Position numbers and translations under genes: made by a program. A stretch of 64,000 bases of DNA, from NCBI GenBank assembly GCA_963842345.1, contig CAWJGD010000027.1:77383-141382 (forward strand), written 5' to 3'. A model generated the notes under the pieces. The model made no database searches and was not told the DNA's origin. It worked only from the letters and a program-made list of their open reading frames with translations. This stretch comes from an uncultured Acidobacteriota bacterium (lineage in GTDB: Bacteria > Acidobacteriota > Terriglobia > Terriglobales > Acidobacteriaceae). Shown here piece by piece: positions 1 through 11,922 of this stretch (position 1 is the stretch's first letter; each line of letters opens with the position of its first letter).

Positions 1-1
1 C

Positions 2-784
2 GTCGATGACTACCTCGTCGGCGAAGAGCCGCTTGAGATACGCGTCGGAGATGCCGCCCTCAGCGTAACCATGCGAACCCCCGGTCACGACCTCGAGTTG
101 GCAACGGGATTTCTCTTTACGGAAGGCCTGATCAGGGGTCGCGGCCAGATCGCGTCCGCACGGCATGAAACAGGCGGGAAACAAAACGGCGCAAATCGCG
201 TGCGCGTGGACCTGGTTGCCGGAGTGACGCTGGATTCCGACGCGATGCGGCGCAATTTCTACACCGCATCGAGTTGCGGCGTTTGCGGCAAGGCTTCTAT
301 CGACGCCGTGCGGGCGCAGGGGATGGATGCGCCGAACCCGGACTTCCAACTCGACCCCGAAGTGCTTTGCCGGCTTCCCGATCAACTGCGCGCCTCGCAA
401 GCGATCTTCGGACGAACCGGAGGCTTGCACGCCGCCGGGTTGTTCAACTTGCACGGTGAGTTAATCGTGCTTCGCGAAGATGTAGGCCGTCACAATGCCG
501 TCGACAAGGTCGTCGGCTGGGCCCTGGCCAACGATCGGCTGCCGTTAAGCGACTCCGTGTTGCTGGTCAGCGGCCGCGGGGGCTTCGAAATCGTCCAGAA
601 GGCCTTGATGGCCGGCGTCCCGGTGCTGGCTTCGGTATCCGCGCCCTCCGATCTGGCGGTGAATCTTGCCCGCGAGTTCGGTATGGCGCTGATTGGTTTC
701 TTGCGCGGGCGGCGCTTTGTCATTTATTCGGGGTCGCAGAGGATTCAGAAGGCGGCCCGGCAAGCCATTCATCCGGCAGCGTAG
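2..784 (+). CDS. fdhD: Formate dehydrogenase accessory sulfurtransferase FdhD; 5' end lies outside the window
   Basis: The frame of ORF 71..784 stays open to the window edge (VDDYLVGEEPLEIRV...). It has the SSCGVCGK cysteine motif and the DVGRHNAVDK motif typical of the FdhD/NarQ family. Confidence 0.85.
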   Translation, partial: VDDYLVGEEPLEIRVGDAALSVTMRTPGHDLELATGFLFTEGLIRGRGQIASARHETGGKQNGANRVRVDLVAGVTLDSDAMRRNFYTASSCGVCGKASIDAVRAQGMDAPNPDFQLDPEVLCRLPDQLRASQAIFGRTGGLHAAGLFNLHGELIVLREDVGRHNAVDKVVGWALANDRLPLSDSVLLVSGRGGFEIVQKALMAGVPVLASVSAPSDLAVNLAREFGMALIGFLRGRRFVIYSGSQRIQKAARQAIHPAA

Positions 785-940
785 GCGTCGTGATGAAGAG
801 CAGTGACCGAGGTAGTGTATCCCTGAAATCTCTCGGCGACAGTTACATCCGATAATGCGCCGGCCGCCAAAGCCCCGCGAAGCTCACACCCCAACAAGCC
901 GCCAGGGGGCTTGTCGGGGACCTCGGCGTAAAATAGCAGC

Positions 941-3374
941 ATGTTTTCCAATTCCGGTTTCTTGCGTCTCTTTCTTGTCAGTGTGCTTTTGGGGGGAATT
1001 TTCGTACGCGCCGATAACCCCGCGTTCGATCTTTCAGGACCTCGTCTGGAGTTGAAGGTGACGCGGGCGGGGAAAACGCTGCCGGTTTCGCAGGTGCCGA
1101 ACTTGCAGCCCGGCGACCAGATGTGGATTCACCCTCTGCTGCCTTCCAGCCAATCCGTGCATTACCTGCTGGTGGTTGCGTTCCTGAGGGGCTCGACCAA
1201 TCCGCCGCCGGAAAACTGGTTCACGCGGGCAGAAACCTGGAACAAGCAAGTGCGGCAGGGGGGAATCTTCGTCACCGTTCCGCAGGACGCGCAGCAGGCG
1301 CTGTTGCTGCTGGCGCCGCAGACCGGAGGCGACTTCAACACCCTGCGTTCCACCGTGCGCCACAAGCCCGGGGCTTTCGTGAGGGCTTCGCAGGACCTCA
1401 ACCAGGCGAGTCTCGACCGTTCGCGTCTCGACAGATACCTTGACATCATCAAGCAGACATCCAGCACCGAACCCGAGGCGCTGCATGGCCGCTCCGTGCT
1501 GCTCGCCCGCAGCCTGAACATCAAGCTCGATAAGGAATGCTTTGATAAGCCGAGCGAGCAGCAGGCTCCCTGCCTGATGCAAAACACCAGCCAGCTCGTA
1601 CTGGAGGACGGACACAGTCAATCGATGGTGGCCGCTCTCACCTCCGGGCCGAACTCCGATCTGATTGGCGTGCTCAGCACAACGAAACAGGCCGGAGGAG
1701 GAGTTTATAGCCCTTACGTCGGAGCGTTCATGGATGTGGCGCGAATCATGGAAAACCTGCATACGGCGGAGTTCCAGTACATTCCGGCGCTGGCGTTATC
1801 GAAGGACGATGTTGTGGAGCTGAAGCTGAACAATCCGCCGTCTTTTCGCAAGCCGAAATCGGTCATCGTGGTCGGCCTGCCCGCGGTGGAAGCGGCGCAG
1901 TTTCCGCCACTGCGGCCGGTGGATACGAAGCAGGTGTTCTGCCTCGAACAGCCCGCGCTGGTATTGCCGGTGGAGGGCGCTCCGCTGGTGTTCTCCACCG
2001 GGTACGCACACGATCTGGTTCTGCGCGTGAAGGAGAAATCCGGTCTGAGCGCGGATCTGCCGGTGCATGCGGATGCCGCGCGCGGTGGAGTGGTGATCGA
2101 CACGCACACGCTGCGCGCCGGCCTCGATGCGGAGTTGACGGGAACGGTGCGCGGTTACTGGGGATTCGAAGCCTTCGACGGACCCAATCTTCACCTGCGC
2201 AGCGCGCACGCGGCGAAGTGGACGATGGCAGCGGCCGATGCCGAGCGCCCTGGTGGTGGGCCGCGAGGACGTGCTGCATCTGCAGGCCGACGATGCCGCC
2301 TGCGTCGATCAGGTCTCGATCAAGGATGAGCACGGCAAGATCGCCAAGGCGATCTGGAAGCTGAGCAAACCGAATGAGCTTGAGGTCAAGGTGCCGCTGA
2401 AAGACGCCACTCCGGGAAGGCTGACGATGCTGGTAAAAAAGCACGGCCTGGCGCAGCCGGATGAAATCCCGTTACAGACTTATTCCGAAGCGGGGCGCCT
2501 TGACAACCTGGTGATACACGCGGGCGACCAGCATGGCGTGCTGATAGGAACGCGGCTGGACGAAGTGGCCGGTCTGGAGGTCAACGGAGTTCATTTCGCT
2601 CCGGCGGGGCTGAGGCGCGCGCAACAGAAAGACGAACTCAAAGTAATGGCGCCGAGTGCGCAGCCGGCGGTTTTGCAGCAGGACCAGAAGTTACTGGCGC
2701 GCGTGGCGCTCAAGGATGGCCGGCTTCTGGAATTGCAAACCACCGTCGCAGCGGCGCGACCCAAGGTCTCCATCATCGGCAAGAGCGTACAGACGCCGCC
2801 GGGCGCAACCCGCTCGGCCATTCGGCTGGCGAACCAGGATGACCTTCCGCAAAACGGACTGCTGTCGTTTTTCCTCAAGGCGGAAACTCCCGCGACGTTT
2901 CCACGCAGCGAGAAGATCGAAGTCGCTGCGGAAGACGACTCCTTCCACGTTCTGCTGAGCTTCGCCGACGGCAATTTGACTTTGCAGGACCCCAAGACCG
3001 CCTTGGCCGTGCTCGATCCGCTCAAGAGCTTCGGGCCGTCCGCCTTCGGTCCGCTGCGCTTCCGTCCGGTTGACGTCAACGGTGCGGCGGGGGATTGGCA
3101 GCCGCTGGCAAACCTGGTGCGGATTCCCACACTCAAGGAGATACGTTGCCCCGATAGTCCGGACAAGCAATGCACCTTGTTTGGGACGAACCTGTTCCTG
3201 ATCGATTCGGTGGCCTCCGACGCGCAGTTTACGCACGTCGTGCCGGTGCCTGTGGGATTCGCCAATTCCACGCTTGCCGTGCCGCGTCCGAATGGAACGC
3301 TGCTGTATCTGAAGCTGCGCGACGATCCAGCGGCGGTCAACGCGGCAACACTTCCGGTGCTTCCGGAGGAATGA
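941..3374 (+). CDS. Large (~810 aa) secreted protein of unknown function; the reading frame switches +1 near 2225-2240
   Basis: ORFs 941..2329 and 2238..3374 abut. There is an N-terminal signal peptide (FLRLFLVSVLLGGIFVRA). The tail of the first ORF turns into Arg/Gly-rich nonsense exactly where the second frame becomes protein-like. I recognise no family by eye. Confidence 0.6.
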
Positions 3375-3666
3375 AGCTACTGTCTGGCCACCCGCGCGGC
3401 GTCTTTCGCATGCTCCGTACGGCCGGGTGCCCTGCCCTTCCGGCGAAGCCGGAGGTGGGGCTGTTCAACCGCGCGCGCGGAAAACCCGGCTGTGAGGCGG
3501 AACAAAGTCAAAAGCCCCACCCTGCGCCGAGAATCACGGCGCAAGGGAAGGGCACCCCCAACGCGCATCCGTTCGAGCCCCACACCGTAATGCCCCTTAC
3601 ATTCCAGTTAATAATTGTTCCCACACTGGCCAGATCACCAGGAATTGGAGTACCGTAACTTCCAAT

Positions 3667-4137
3667 GTGGGGGCGAGTATGAGGCTAGGAAGGCTCAGTA
3701 TCCTCGTCGGCCAACTCTCCGATTCCAACCTGAAGATAGGGCTGAGTGTGGCAATCGGCACCATTCTGTTCGGGGTGTTTGGTTTCACGGTTGACTCGAC
3801 GATGGTTTATCTCGGGGTTCCGAGTGACGTGCATGCCGGGCTGCAAGGGGCGGTAGTCGGGTTAGGCGCAGGGGCGGGCTTTTGGATTTTGCTGGCTGGC
3901 CTGCGCGCACGCCGAATGCGTGTGGCAGACGAGATTCACAGGTTGGCCGAGCTCAACCATACCGTTAGAAACTCACTGCACATCATTGCCTTGGCGCACC
4001 ACGCGGCGGACGCAGAGCACCGGGCACTTATTCTGGAATGCACCACTCGCATTGACGAAAAGCTGAGAGAGTTGTTCCCGGTTGTCGGTACACCCGGGAA
4101 GTGGGAAAGGAAGCGGCGGGAGGACGAGGTCAAGTGA
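3667..4137 (+). CDS. Small membrane protein with a HisKA_2-like helix and no kinase ATPase domain
   Basis: ORF 3667..4137 has two predicted TM helices, then LAELNHTVRNSLHII, which resembles the H-box (HRVKNNL) of HisKA_2/HWE kinases. Confidence 0.45.
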   Translation: MGASMRLGRLSILVGQLSDSNLKIGLSVAIGTILFGVFGFTVDSTMVYLGVPSDVHAGLQGAVVGLGAGAGFWILLAGLRARRMRVADEIHRLAELNHTVRNSLHIIALAHHAADAEHRALILECTTRIDEKLRELFPVVGTPGKWERKRREDEVK

Positions 4138-4162
4138 GGAGTACCGCGCACCCGCGTCACGC

Positions 4163-6720
4163 TTACTTGGTGCTGAGCAGGCGAATGCGGGTGGTGAAGG
4201 CGCGTCCGGTGAAGTTGCTGAAGGTGAGGAACTGCGACGAGTTGATGTCGTTATTTACGACCGTGGGATTCTGGTGGCCGGTGATGTTATCGAAGCCGGC
4301 GCGAATCGCAAGGTAGCGGCCGAAGGCGTGGAAGCGCTTTTCCACTTGCAGATTGAGCGTGAAGTAATTCGGGAATCGTTGTGAGCCGGGCGGTCCGACC
4401 AGTTGCAATTGGTCGTTCACGACACTGAAGTCGAAGCCGTCGCGCCACTCGGCGGAGTAGGCGAGATCAAGCTTCTTGATCAGCGGAAGTTTAAAGAACG
4501 GCAGCAGCCCCCAGGAGATGAATCGGTTCGGCGTATCCCAAGGATAAGGACCGGCGGCCTGCGGGCTGAGGACGGGGTTGTCCACATTGAAGTCGAGCAC
4601 CTGGTTGGAGCGGGTTTTCGAGCGCGTGTAAGAGCCGAACAGAACGTAGGGGCCGCGGAAGTGCTTGCGCAGAGCGAGTTGCACGGCGTCGTAGTGGTCC
4701 TCGCGCGTGCTCTGCAATTGGAAGTTGCCGCCAGGCGCTCCGTTGACGGTGTTGTAGACGAGTCCGTTGCTTCCGCGCCGCTCGATGAACTCGGCTTTCA
4801 GGTAAACGGCGGCAGGCAGCCGGCGCTCGATGGCAACGCTCCAGTTCAAAGAGCGGGGCGCGCTCAGCGAACTGGGGTTGGCGGAAAAGGTTGTGACCAC
4901 GGGCGCGCCCAGCGGGTTTCCATTGGCGTCGAAAAACGTATCCTGCCGCTGCGCCCGCCAGGGGACGCGCAATGAGCCTGATGCTGGTTTCGTCGTAGAC
5001 GAGGCCGATTCCGGCCGACAACTTGGTTTTGGCTTCGCTGTCCAGCGCGTAGGCAGCCGTCAGTCGCGGCGAAAAAAGCGACTGCCGCAAGATTTCATCC
5101 CAGTCATAGCGCAGGCCGGATTCAACGATGAGCCGGTTGGCCGGCGACCAGCGGTCCTGCACGTATCCCGAGGTTTGCAGGTTGTGAGTCAGCGACTCCG
5201 CGCCGCCGGAGAAAGTCGAGTAACGGGAGCAGGGTGACGGCATAACTGCGAGACAGTCGCCGTTCGGAGGAGAACTCTGTCCCTCGCGCAGAAACGCAAT
5301 CGGCTGGCGCTGGAAGGCAGCAGTCGTAGGCCAGGCGATCGAGATCGATGCCAAAGCGGAATTCGTGTCGCCCATGCCACTGGCGAGACGGCAGGTACAG
5401 GTTGGCCAGCGCCTGCCAGCGGCGGGCCTGAGTGCGGTCCGCGAGATAGTAGCTGCCACCGGAAGTTTCAGGCGTTATGAAATAGGGAAGGCTGCCGTGC
5501 GGATACTCGTTCAGGCCGTTCTGGACGAATCCAAAGCCGGTCTCGAGAAGTTCGCCGCCGCGAAAGTAATGTTGATCTTTGACGTTGGCGACGTAGGCGG
5601 CTTCGGCATCGACCGGAGAAGACTGCTGCGGAGCCAGAGCAGAGAGTCCCAGGTATTCGTCATGAAGATGGTTGTACAGAAAACTGGTGGTGAGAATGTT
5701 GCGCGAAGTCAGGTTGGTCTGCACTTTCGCCAGGTTGCTCATCCTCCAGACGTGGTCGCTGTTGGCGCCGGAGGGCAGTTCGGTGATGACAACATTGTCA
5801 TATTCTCCCTCCAGCGCATTGAAGAACCAAACCTTGCCCTTGCGCAGCGGACCGGAAAAAGTGAGGCGAGGGTCTACTTTATCGAAGGTAAGTCCGTTTT
5901 TGTTCTGCACCGAAGGAATGAAGTCGGTGACGGTGAAGCGGTAATGATCGTCGCCGGTGAGGGTGTTCATGCTCAAGACCCCGGCAGATGCCTTGCCGTA
6001 TTCGGCGGGGATTCTACTGCTCTCGACCTCGACCAGTCGAAAGGCGTCGGTGCTGAGGCGTACGAGCAGAAGGCCGTTGGCGGGCTGTGTGACGTTGAAG
6101 CCATCGAGCAGCGCCAGTGTCTGATAGGTCTCCGCGCCCGTCACGTGCGGCTGGCCGCTCGCGTCCTGCAGCACGCCGGGAATATAGTTGAGCGCATTGC
6201 GGTAATCGCGGGTGGAGGGATAAGGGATGTCGATGATGTTGAGGCCAGTGAGCTGCTCTTGCGAGGCAGTCTGCGCGGGATCGATTGCCGGCGGCGATTC
6301 CACTACATTCATTTCTTCGCGCACTTCGCGCTGCGGCGAGAGACGCACTTCCATATCGTTGGTGACGCCCACGCGGACCAGCGGCAGAACCAGCGCGTAG
6401 AAGCCCGGTTTCTCCACGCGCAACCGGTAATCGCCGGCGGGGATGCCGGCAAACTGGCAACGCCCGGAAAAGTTGGTATCGCAACGGAGAGCGGCCGATT
6501 GCGGCGTAAGCTGCAGCGAGACTCGAGCCGCGGCAATGGCAATTCCGTTTTCATCGGTTACGGTTACGGCGAGTTTCGCTACCGGGGAAGGCGTGGGAGG
6601 ATTGCCAGCCACCCCAGCGAGCCGAGCCTCGCTGGGGCCCCCGGTATTCACTTGCGGGCGAGCAGCGACAGATGAGGCCAGCAAAAACAAAATCGCGAAC
6701 TTTTGCCAGAACCGTAGCAC
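4163..6720 (-). CDS. TonB-dependent outer-membrane receptor with N-terminal carboxypeptidase-regulatory-like domain; two frameshifts (~5332 and ~4957)
   Basis: ORFs 5122..6720, 4491..5459 and 4163..4972 join into one ~850 aa protein. It has a signal peptide, a CarboxypepD_reg-like region (VTVTDENGIAIAAARVSL...GDYRLRVEKPGF), a plug region (NIIDIPYPSTRDYRNALNYIPGV) and a C-terminal barrel (YVQDRWSP...RLLSTK). Confidence 0.85.
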
Positions 6721-6910
6721 GGTTTGCCGGTCGCCTTTCGGAATCGGGCACTGCAGGTCAACCTGTGCTTAAGATCAGCCGCGGGGGCGCTCTGGATGCC
6801 CCACTTTGCCGCTTGCTAATTTCGACCCAAGACGTGGACTCGGCGAATCCTTATAATTCTTAGCAAAACGAAGCGACTTTGGAAGTGGATGCATTTTGTT
6901 TCATGGGCGA

Positions 6911-6946
6911 AAAGCAGATCCTTCGCTTGCGCTCAGGATGACACTC
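6911..6946. repeat. Repeat family A, half copy (AAAGCAGATCCTTCGCTTGCGCTCAGGATGACAC)
   Basis: Shares the CGAAGGATC / GTCATCCTGAGCG core with copies at 9773, 30075, 36908, 40468, 51079 and 52066. Confidence 0.8.
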
Positions 6947-7094
6947 ACGAGGGGCGTGATGGCACTGAAAAGGCGCGTTTAGAGAGCCGATTCACCGAAG
7001 CATATATTTTTTGGCGCGGGACAGCTAAAGTAGAGAAGTCATCTTAATTAACGATTGCATTAACAATTTTTCATTTAACGGTTTTTGCCCCTGA

Positions 7095-8513
<1,419 letters not shown>

Positions 8514-8638
8514 GCGAGGCGGGGCGGCAGCGGTTCGGTACGATTTGTAAGTGGTGAGAATGCCTGTTAGCAACAAGAACCGCGCGGTCGCCTTTATCTT
8601 GACTGGCATCCATGCTGCACCCGGTGTATTTTGATTTC

Positions 8639-9540
8639 ATGAAAAGCGCGGGAATCTGCGTGGTTCTGATAATGCTTGCGGTCGACCTCGTGGGAAAGCC
8701 GCTGGAATGGAAGCATTATTCCAACAAATCGCTGGGGTTCGCGTTGTCGTACCCGGGCAGCTATCGCCGGCAACGCTTGCCCAGCAACTACCGAGAATTG
8801 CCTGCTTTTTACCCCACGAATTCCACCCTACTGTTTTTGAAGACGGGAACGGTAGTAAACCGCGAAGAGAAGAAGCCGAAATTAAGATCTACTACGATAG
8901 CCGACCTTTCAAGTTCGAAACCATTATGAACAGTTACGATTCTGCTACAGGATGGGAGGGACCTGAGCGGTTACAGATCGGAGAGCACAGCTTTTATTAC
9001 TTCGGCGCTGGTGGCGGGGGCGTATCTTACCCAGACCGCTATATTTACAACCTCAATGGACATATTCTTGTAATCGACTTCGACGGCCCATATACCAATG
9101 ACAAGACTCCACCAGAAGAGACCAAGCAGATGGAGCGGGAGATGTTGCAGAGTCTAAATGTCCGAACGGCACGACCGGTCAAGTATCCTCGAATCACCAG
9201 CATAGCGGTCGAAGGGCCCCAAGTCGTGATTTGTGGGGCATATCTGGCCAAAGTGGAGGTATGGGCCATTCCTTCTGGCTCCGACACAATTGAGGAAGAC
9301 TACGCTCTAATTGGGACTGCCATGCGCATAGGTAGGGCAGGCAGCAGAGAGACTTGGACTGATCTTATTGATTGTGAAAATGTGCTTTATTTTGGAAATC
9401 TACCTACCTTCGATCAGGTTCCGACGATCTTCGCAAAGGTGCTAGATTCCTATGGACATGAAATTAACTTCAAGTCCCTATCGAAGAGACAGTCTTTCGA
9501 GTTGGTGAAAGCCAGATGTGAAAAACGGGGTCACCCTTAA
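8639..9540 (+). CDS. Hypothetical membrane-anchored/secreted protein with lower GC than its surroundings; frameshift(s) between ~8760 and ~8850
   Basis: ORFs 8612..8929 and 8707..9540 overlap in different frames. There is an N-terminal hydrophobic anchor (MKSAGICVVLIMLAVDLV). I recognise no family. Confidence 0.45.
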
Positions 9541-9584
9541 CTGTCGCAAAATCCCCTTAGCAACAATTACGGCCAGCATCTTAC

Positions 9585-9672
9585 GCCCGCTACGCGGGCT
9601 GGAACCGCGCAAATTTCATGCTTACCCCAGGCTTGCGCCGTGGGGCTATCGTCTATTGCCCGCTACGCGGGC
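9585..9672. repeat. Pair of identical GCCCGCTACGCGGGC hairpins 73 nt apart (REP-like)
   Basis: The perfect palindrome GCCCGC-TAC-GCGGGC occurs at 9585..9599 and again at 9658..9672. Confidence 0.75.
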
Positions 9673-9772
9673 TGAGTGACACCATCGACCGCCCCATCCC
9701 ACAAAATCTGCGGCCCTGTTGGCGAAAAAAGCCCCACCCGGCAAGCTTTGCTTGAATGGGGCACCCGACGAA

Positions 9773-9806
9773 AAAGCAGATCTTTCGCTACGCTCAGGAT
9801 GACGCC
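9773..9806. repeat. Repeat family A, half copy
   Basis: AAAGCAGATCTTTCGCTACGCTCAGGATGACGCC is near-identical to 6911..6946. Confidence 0.8.
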
Positions 9807-9828
9807 TCGTTTAATTTGTTCCCGGCGC

Positions 9829-11584
9829 TCAGCCGGAGACCTTCTGCGCCCGGAGCTTCGGCACCGTCTCTTTGATTTCAGGCTCACGCAGGAAGGTGAA
9901 GTCGCATCCCTGGTCGGCCTGCGTCACCGAGTCGAAGAACAGCTTGCGGTAGCCTCTGTGGTGGTCTTTCAGCTCAGGCTTGACCCAGGCGGCGGCGCGC
10001 TGCTTCAGCTCCGCGTCGCTGACCAGCAGTGAAATGGAGCGCGCCGAAACGCTGAGCTTGATCCGGTCGCCCGAGCGCACCAGCGCCAGCGGCCCGCCGA
10101 TGGCCGACTCCGGCATCACGTGCAAGACGATCGTACCAAAGGCGGTGCCACTCATCCGGCCGTCGGAGATGCGCACCATGTCCTTCACGCCCAGCTTGGC
10201 AAGTTTCTTCGGGATGGGAAGATAGCCTGCTTCGGGCATACCCGGCGCGCCAATCGGGCCGATGCACTTCAGCACCAGAATGTCGTCCGCTTTGACGTCG
10301 AGGTCCGGATCGTCGATCCGGTTCGCCATGTCCTGGTTGTTCTCAAACACCACCGCGCGGCCCTCATGCTCCATCAAGTTGGCCGAAGCGGCCGACTGCT
10401 TGATGAGCGCCCCGCCGGGCGCAAGATTGCCCTTCAGCACGGCGACCCCGCCAACCTTGTAAATGGGGTTGCTCAACGGCCGTATCACGTCCTGCTTAAA
10501 TGGCGCCGGGGCTCTCTCCAACTCTTCCGCCCAAGTGCGCCCGCTCACCGTGAGCGCGTCCAGATGAAGCAACGGCTTCAGTTCGCGCATGAGAGCGAGC
10601 ATGCCGCCGGCCTTGTGGAAGTCCTCCATGTATCCCTGGCCCGAGGGCTTCAGATCGACCAGCACAGGCGTTTCGCGGCTCATCGCGTCCCACCCTTCGC
10701 ATGTCGATGGCGATGCCGAGTCGGCCGGCGATGGCTGTCAGGTGGACGATGCCGTTGGTCGAGCCGCCAATCGCCAGCAGGACCCGCATGGCATTCTCGA
10801 ACGCCTTCCCCGTCATGATCTTGTCGGGCGTAAGTTTCTGCGCGATCATCTTGACGGCCTGGGTGCCGGATTCTTCGGCGATTCGCATCCGGTCGGCTGT
10901 CACCGCGGGCGGGCAAGCTCCGCCCGGCATCATCATGCCAAGCCCCTCTGCCATGCAGGCGACGGTGCTGGCCGTGCCCATCACGGAGCAGAAGCCCACG
11001 CTCGCCACCAGGGCGTTATTGACCTCATCGACCTCGGCGGCATCGATCTGCTCCCCGCGATACATTCCCCAGTAGCGGCGACAGTCGGTGCAAGCGCCTA
11101 CGCGCACCCCGCGATGCCCGCCGGTCAGCATGGCGCCGCTCACCAGCGAGATCGCCGGAATGCCAGCCGAGGCCGCGCCCATCAACTGGGCCGGCACGTT
11201 CTTGTCGCAGCCGCCGATCATGACCACGGCATCCATCGGCTGCGCCCGAATCATCTCCTCGGTGTCGATCGCCAACAGGTTGCGCAGAAACATGCTCGTG
11301 GGATAGGCAAAGCTCTCATGGATGGAGATCGTCGGGAATACCATCGGCAATCCGCCGGCGAGCATGACGCCACGCTTTACGGCTTCGATGAGCTGCGGTG
11401 CGTTGCCGTGACAGGGGTTGTAATCGCTTCCGGAGTTGATGATTCCCACGATCGGACGCGCGAGAACGTCATCGGTGTAACCTGCGCCCTTGATGAATGC
11501 CTTGCGCAGGAACAGGGAAAAGTCTTCATCGCCGTAACTCGTCAGCCCCTTGCGGAGACCGGTCTTATCTTTGTTATTTGTCAT
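9829..11584 (-). CDS. IlvD/Edd-family dehydratase, aldonate (sugar-acid) dehydratase-like; one frameshift near 10697
   Basis: ORFs 10496..11755 and 9829..10683 join (GIAIDM / EGWDAMSRETPVLVDLKPSG). The start is taken at ATG 11584 (MTNNKDKTGL). Motifs NPCH, GGCDKNVP, MGTASTV, GGSTNG and SDGRMSG are typical of the family. Confidence 0.9.
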
Positions 11585-11922
11585 ATCAGAGCAGTTCCGG
11601 GCTGGCGCTGAACCGAGATCCAGGTTCGGGATCTCTGGGCAAGAACAGAGTGCGCTCTCCGGAAACCCACCTTTCAACTTAGGAGTTACTCGAAAGCTAA
11701 CGCCGAAGGCGGCGGTTGTCAAATCGGGTGGCAGCCCCGTTCGGTGCTGACGCAAAAGTGCCGGTCTGTGCCCTCAGCTAGCCCCTGCGCAGCCGTGTAG
11801 AGTTTAGTTTTGGCGATTGTCATTGCGCGTTCAAGAGCCGATAATGTAGGCACATAAGCTATCAAACGCAGGCAAAGTCAGCTTCCCATGCAAGCCGGGA
11901 ACAGACGCCTCAGGAGATCACC

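Noticed and set aside
6990-7090. ArgR operator (ARG box) in the AT-rich stretch TTAATTAACGATTGCATTAACAATTTTTCATTTAAC upstream of argG.
   Set aside because: It has only loose resemblance to the TNTGAATWWWWATTCANW consensus, and the ArgR specificity in this lineage is unknown. That is too weak to report as a feature.
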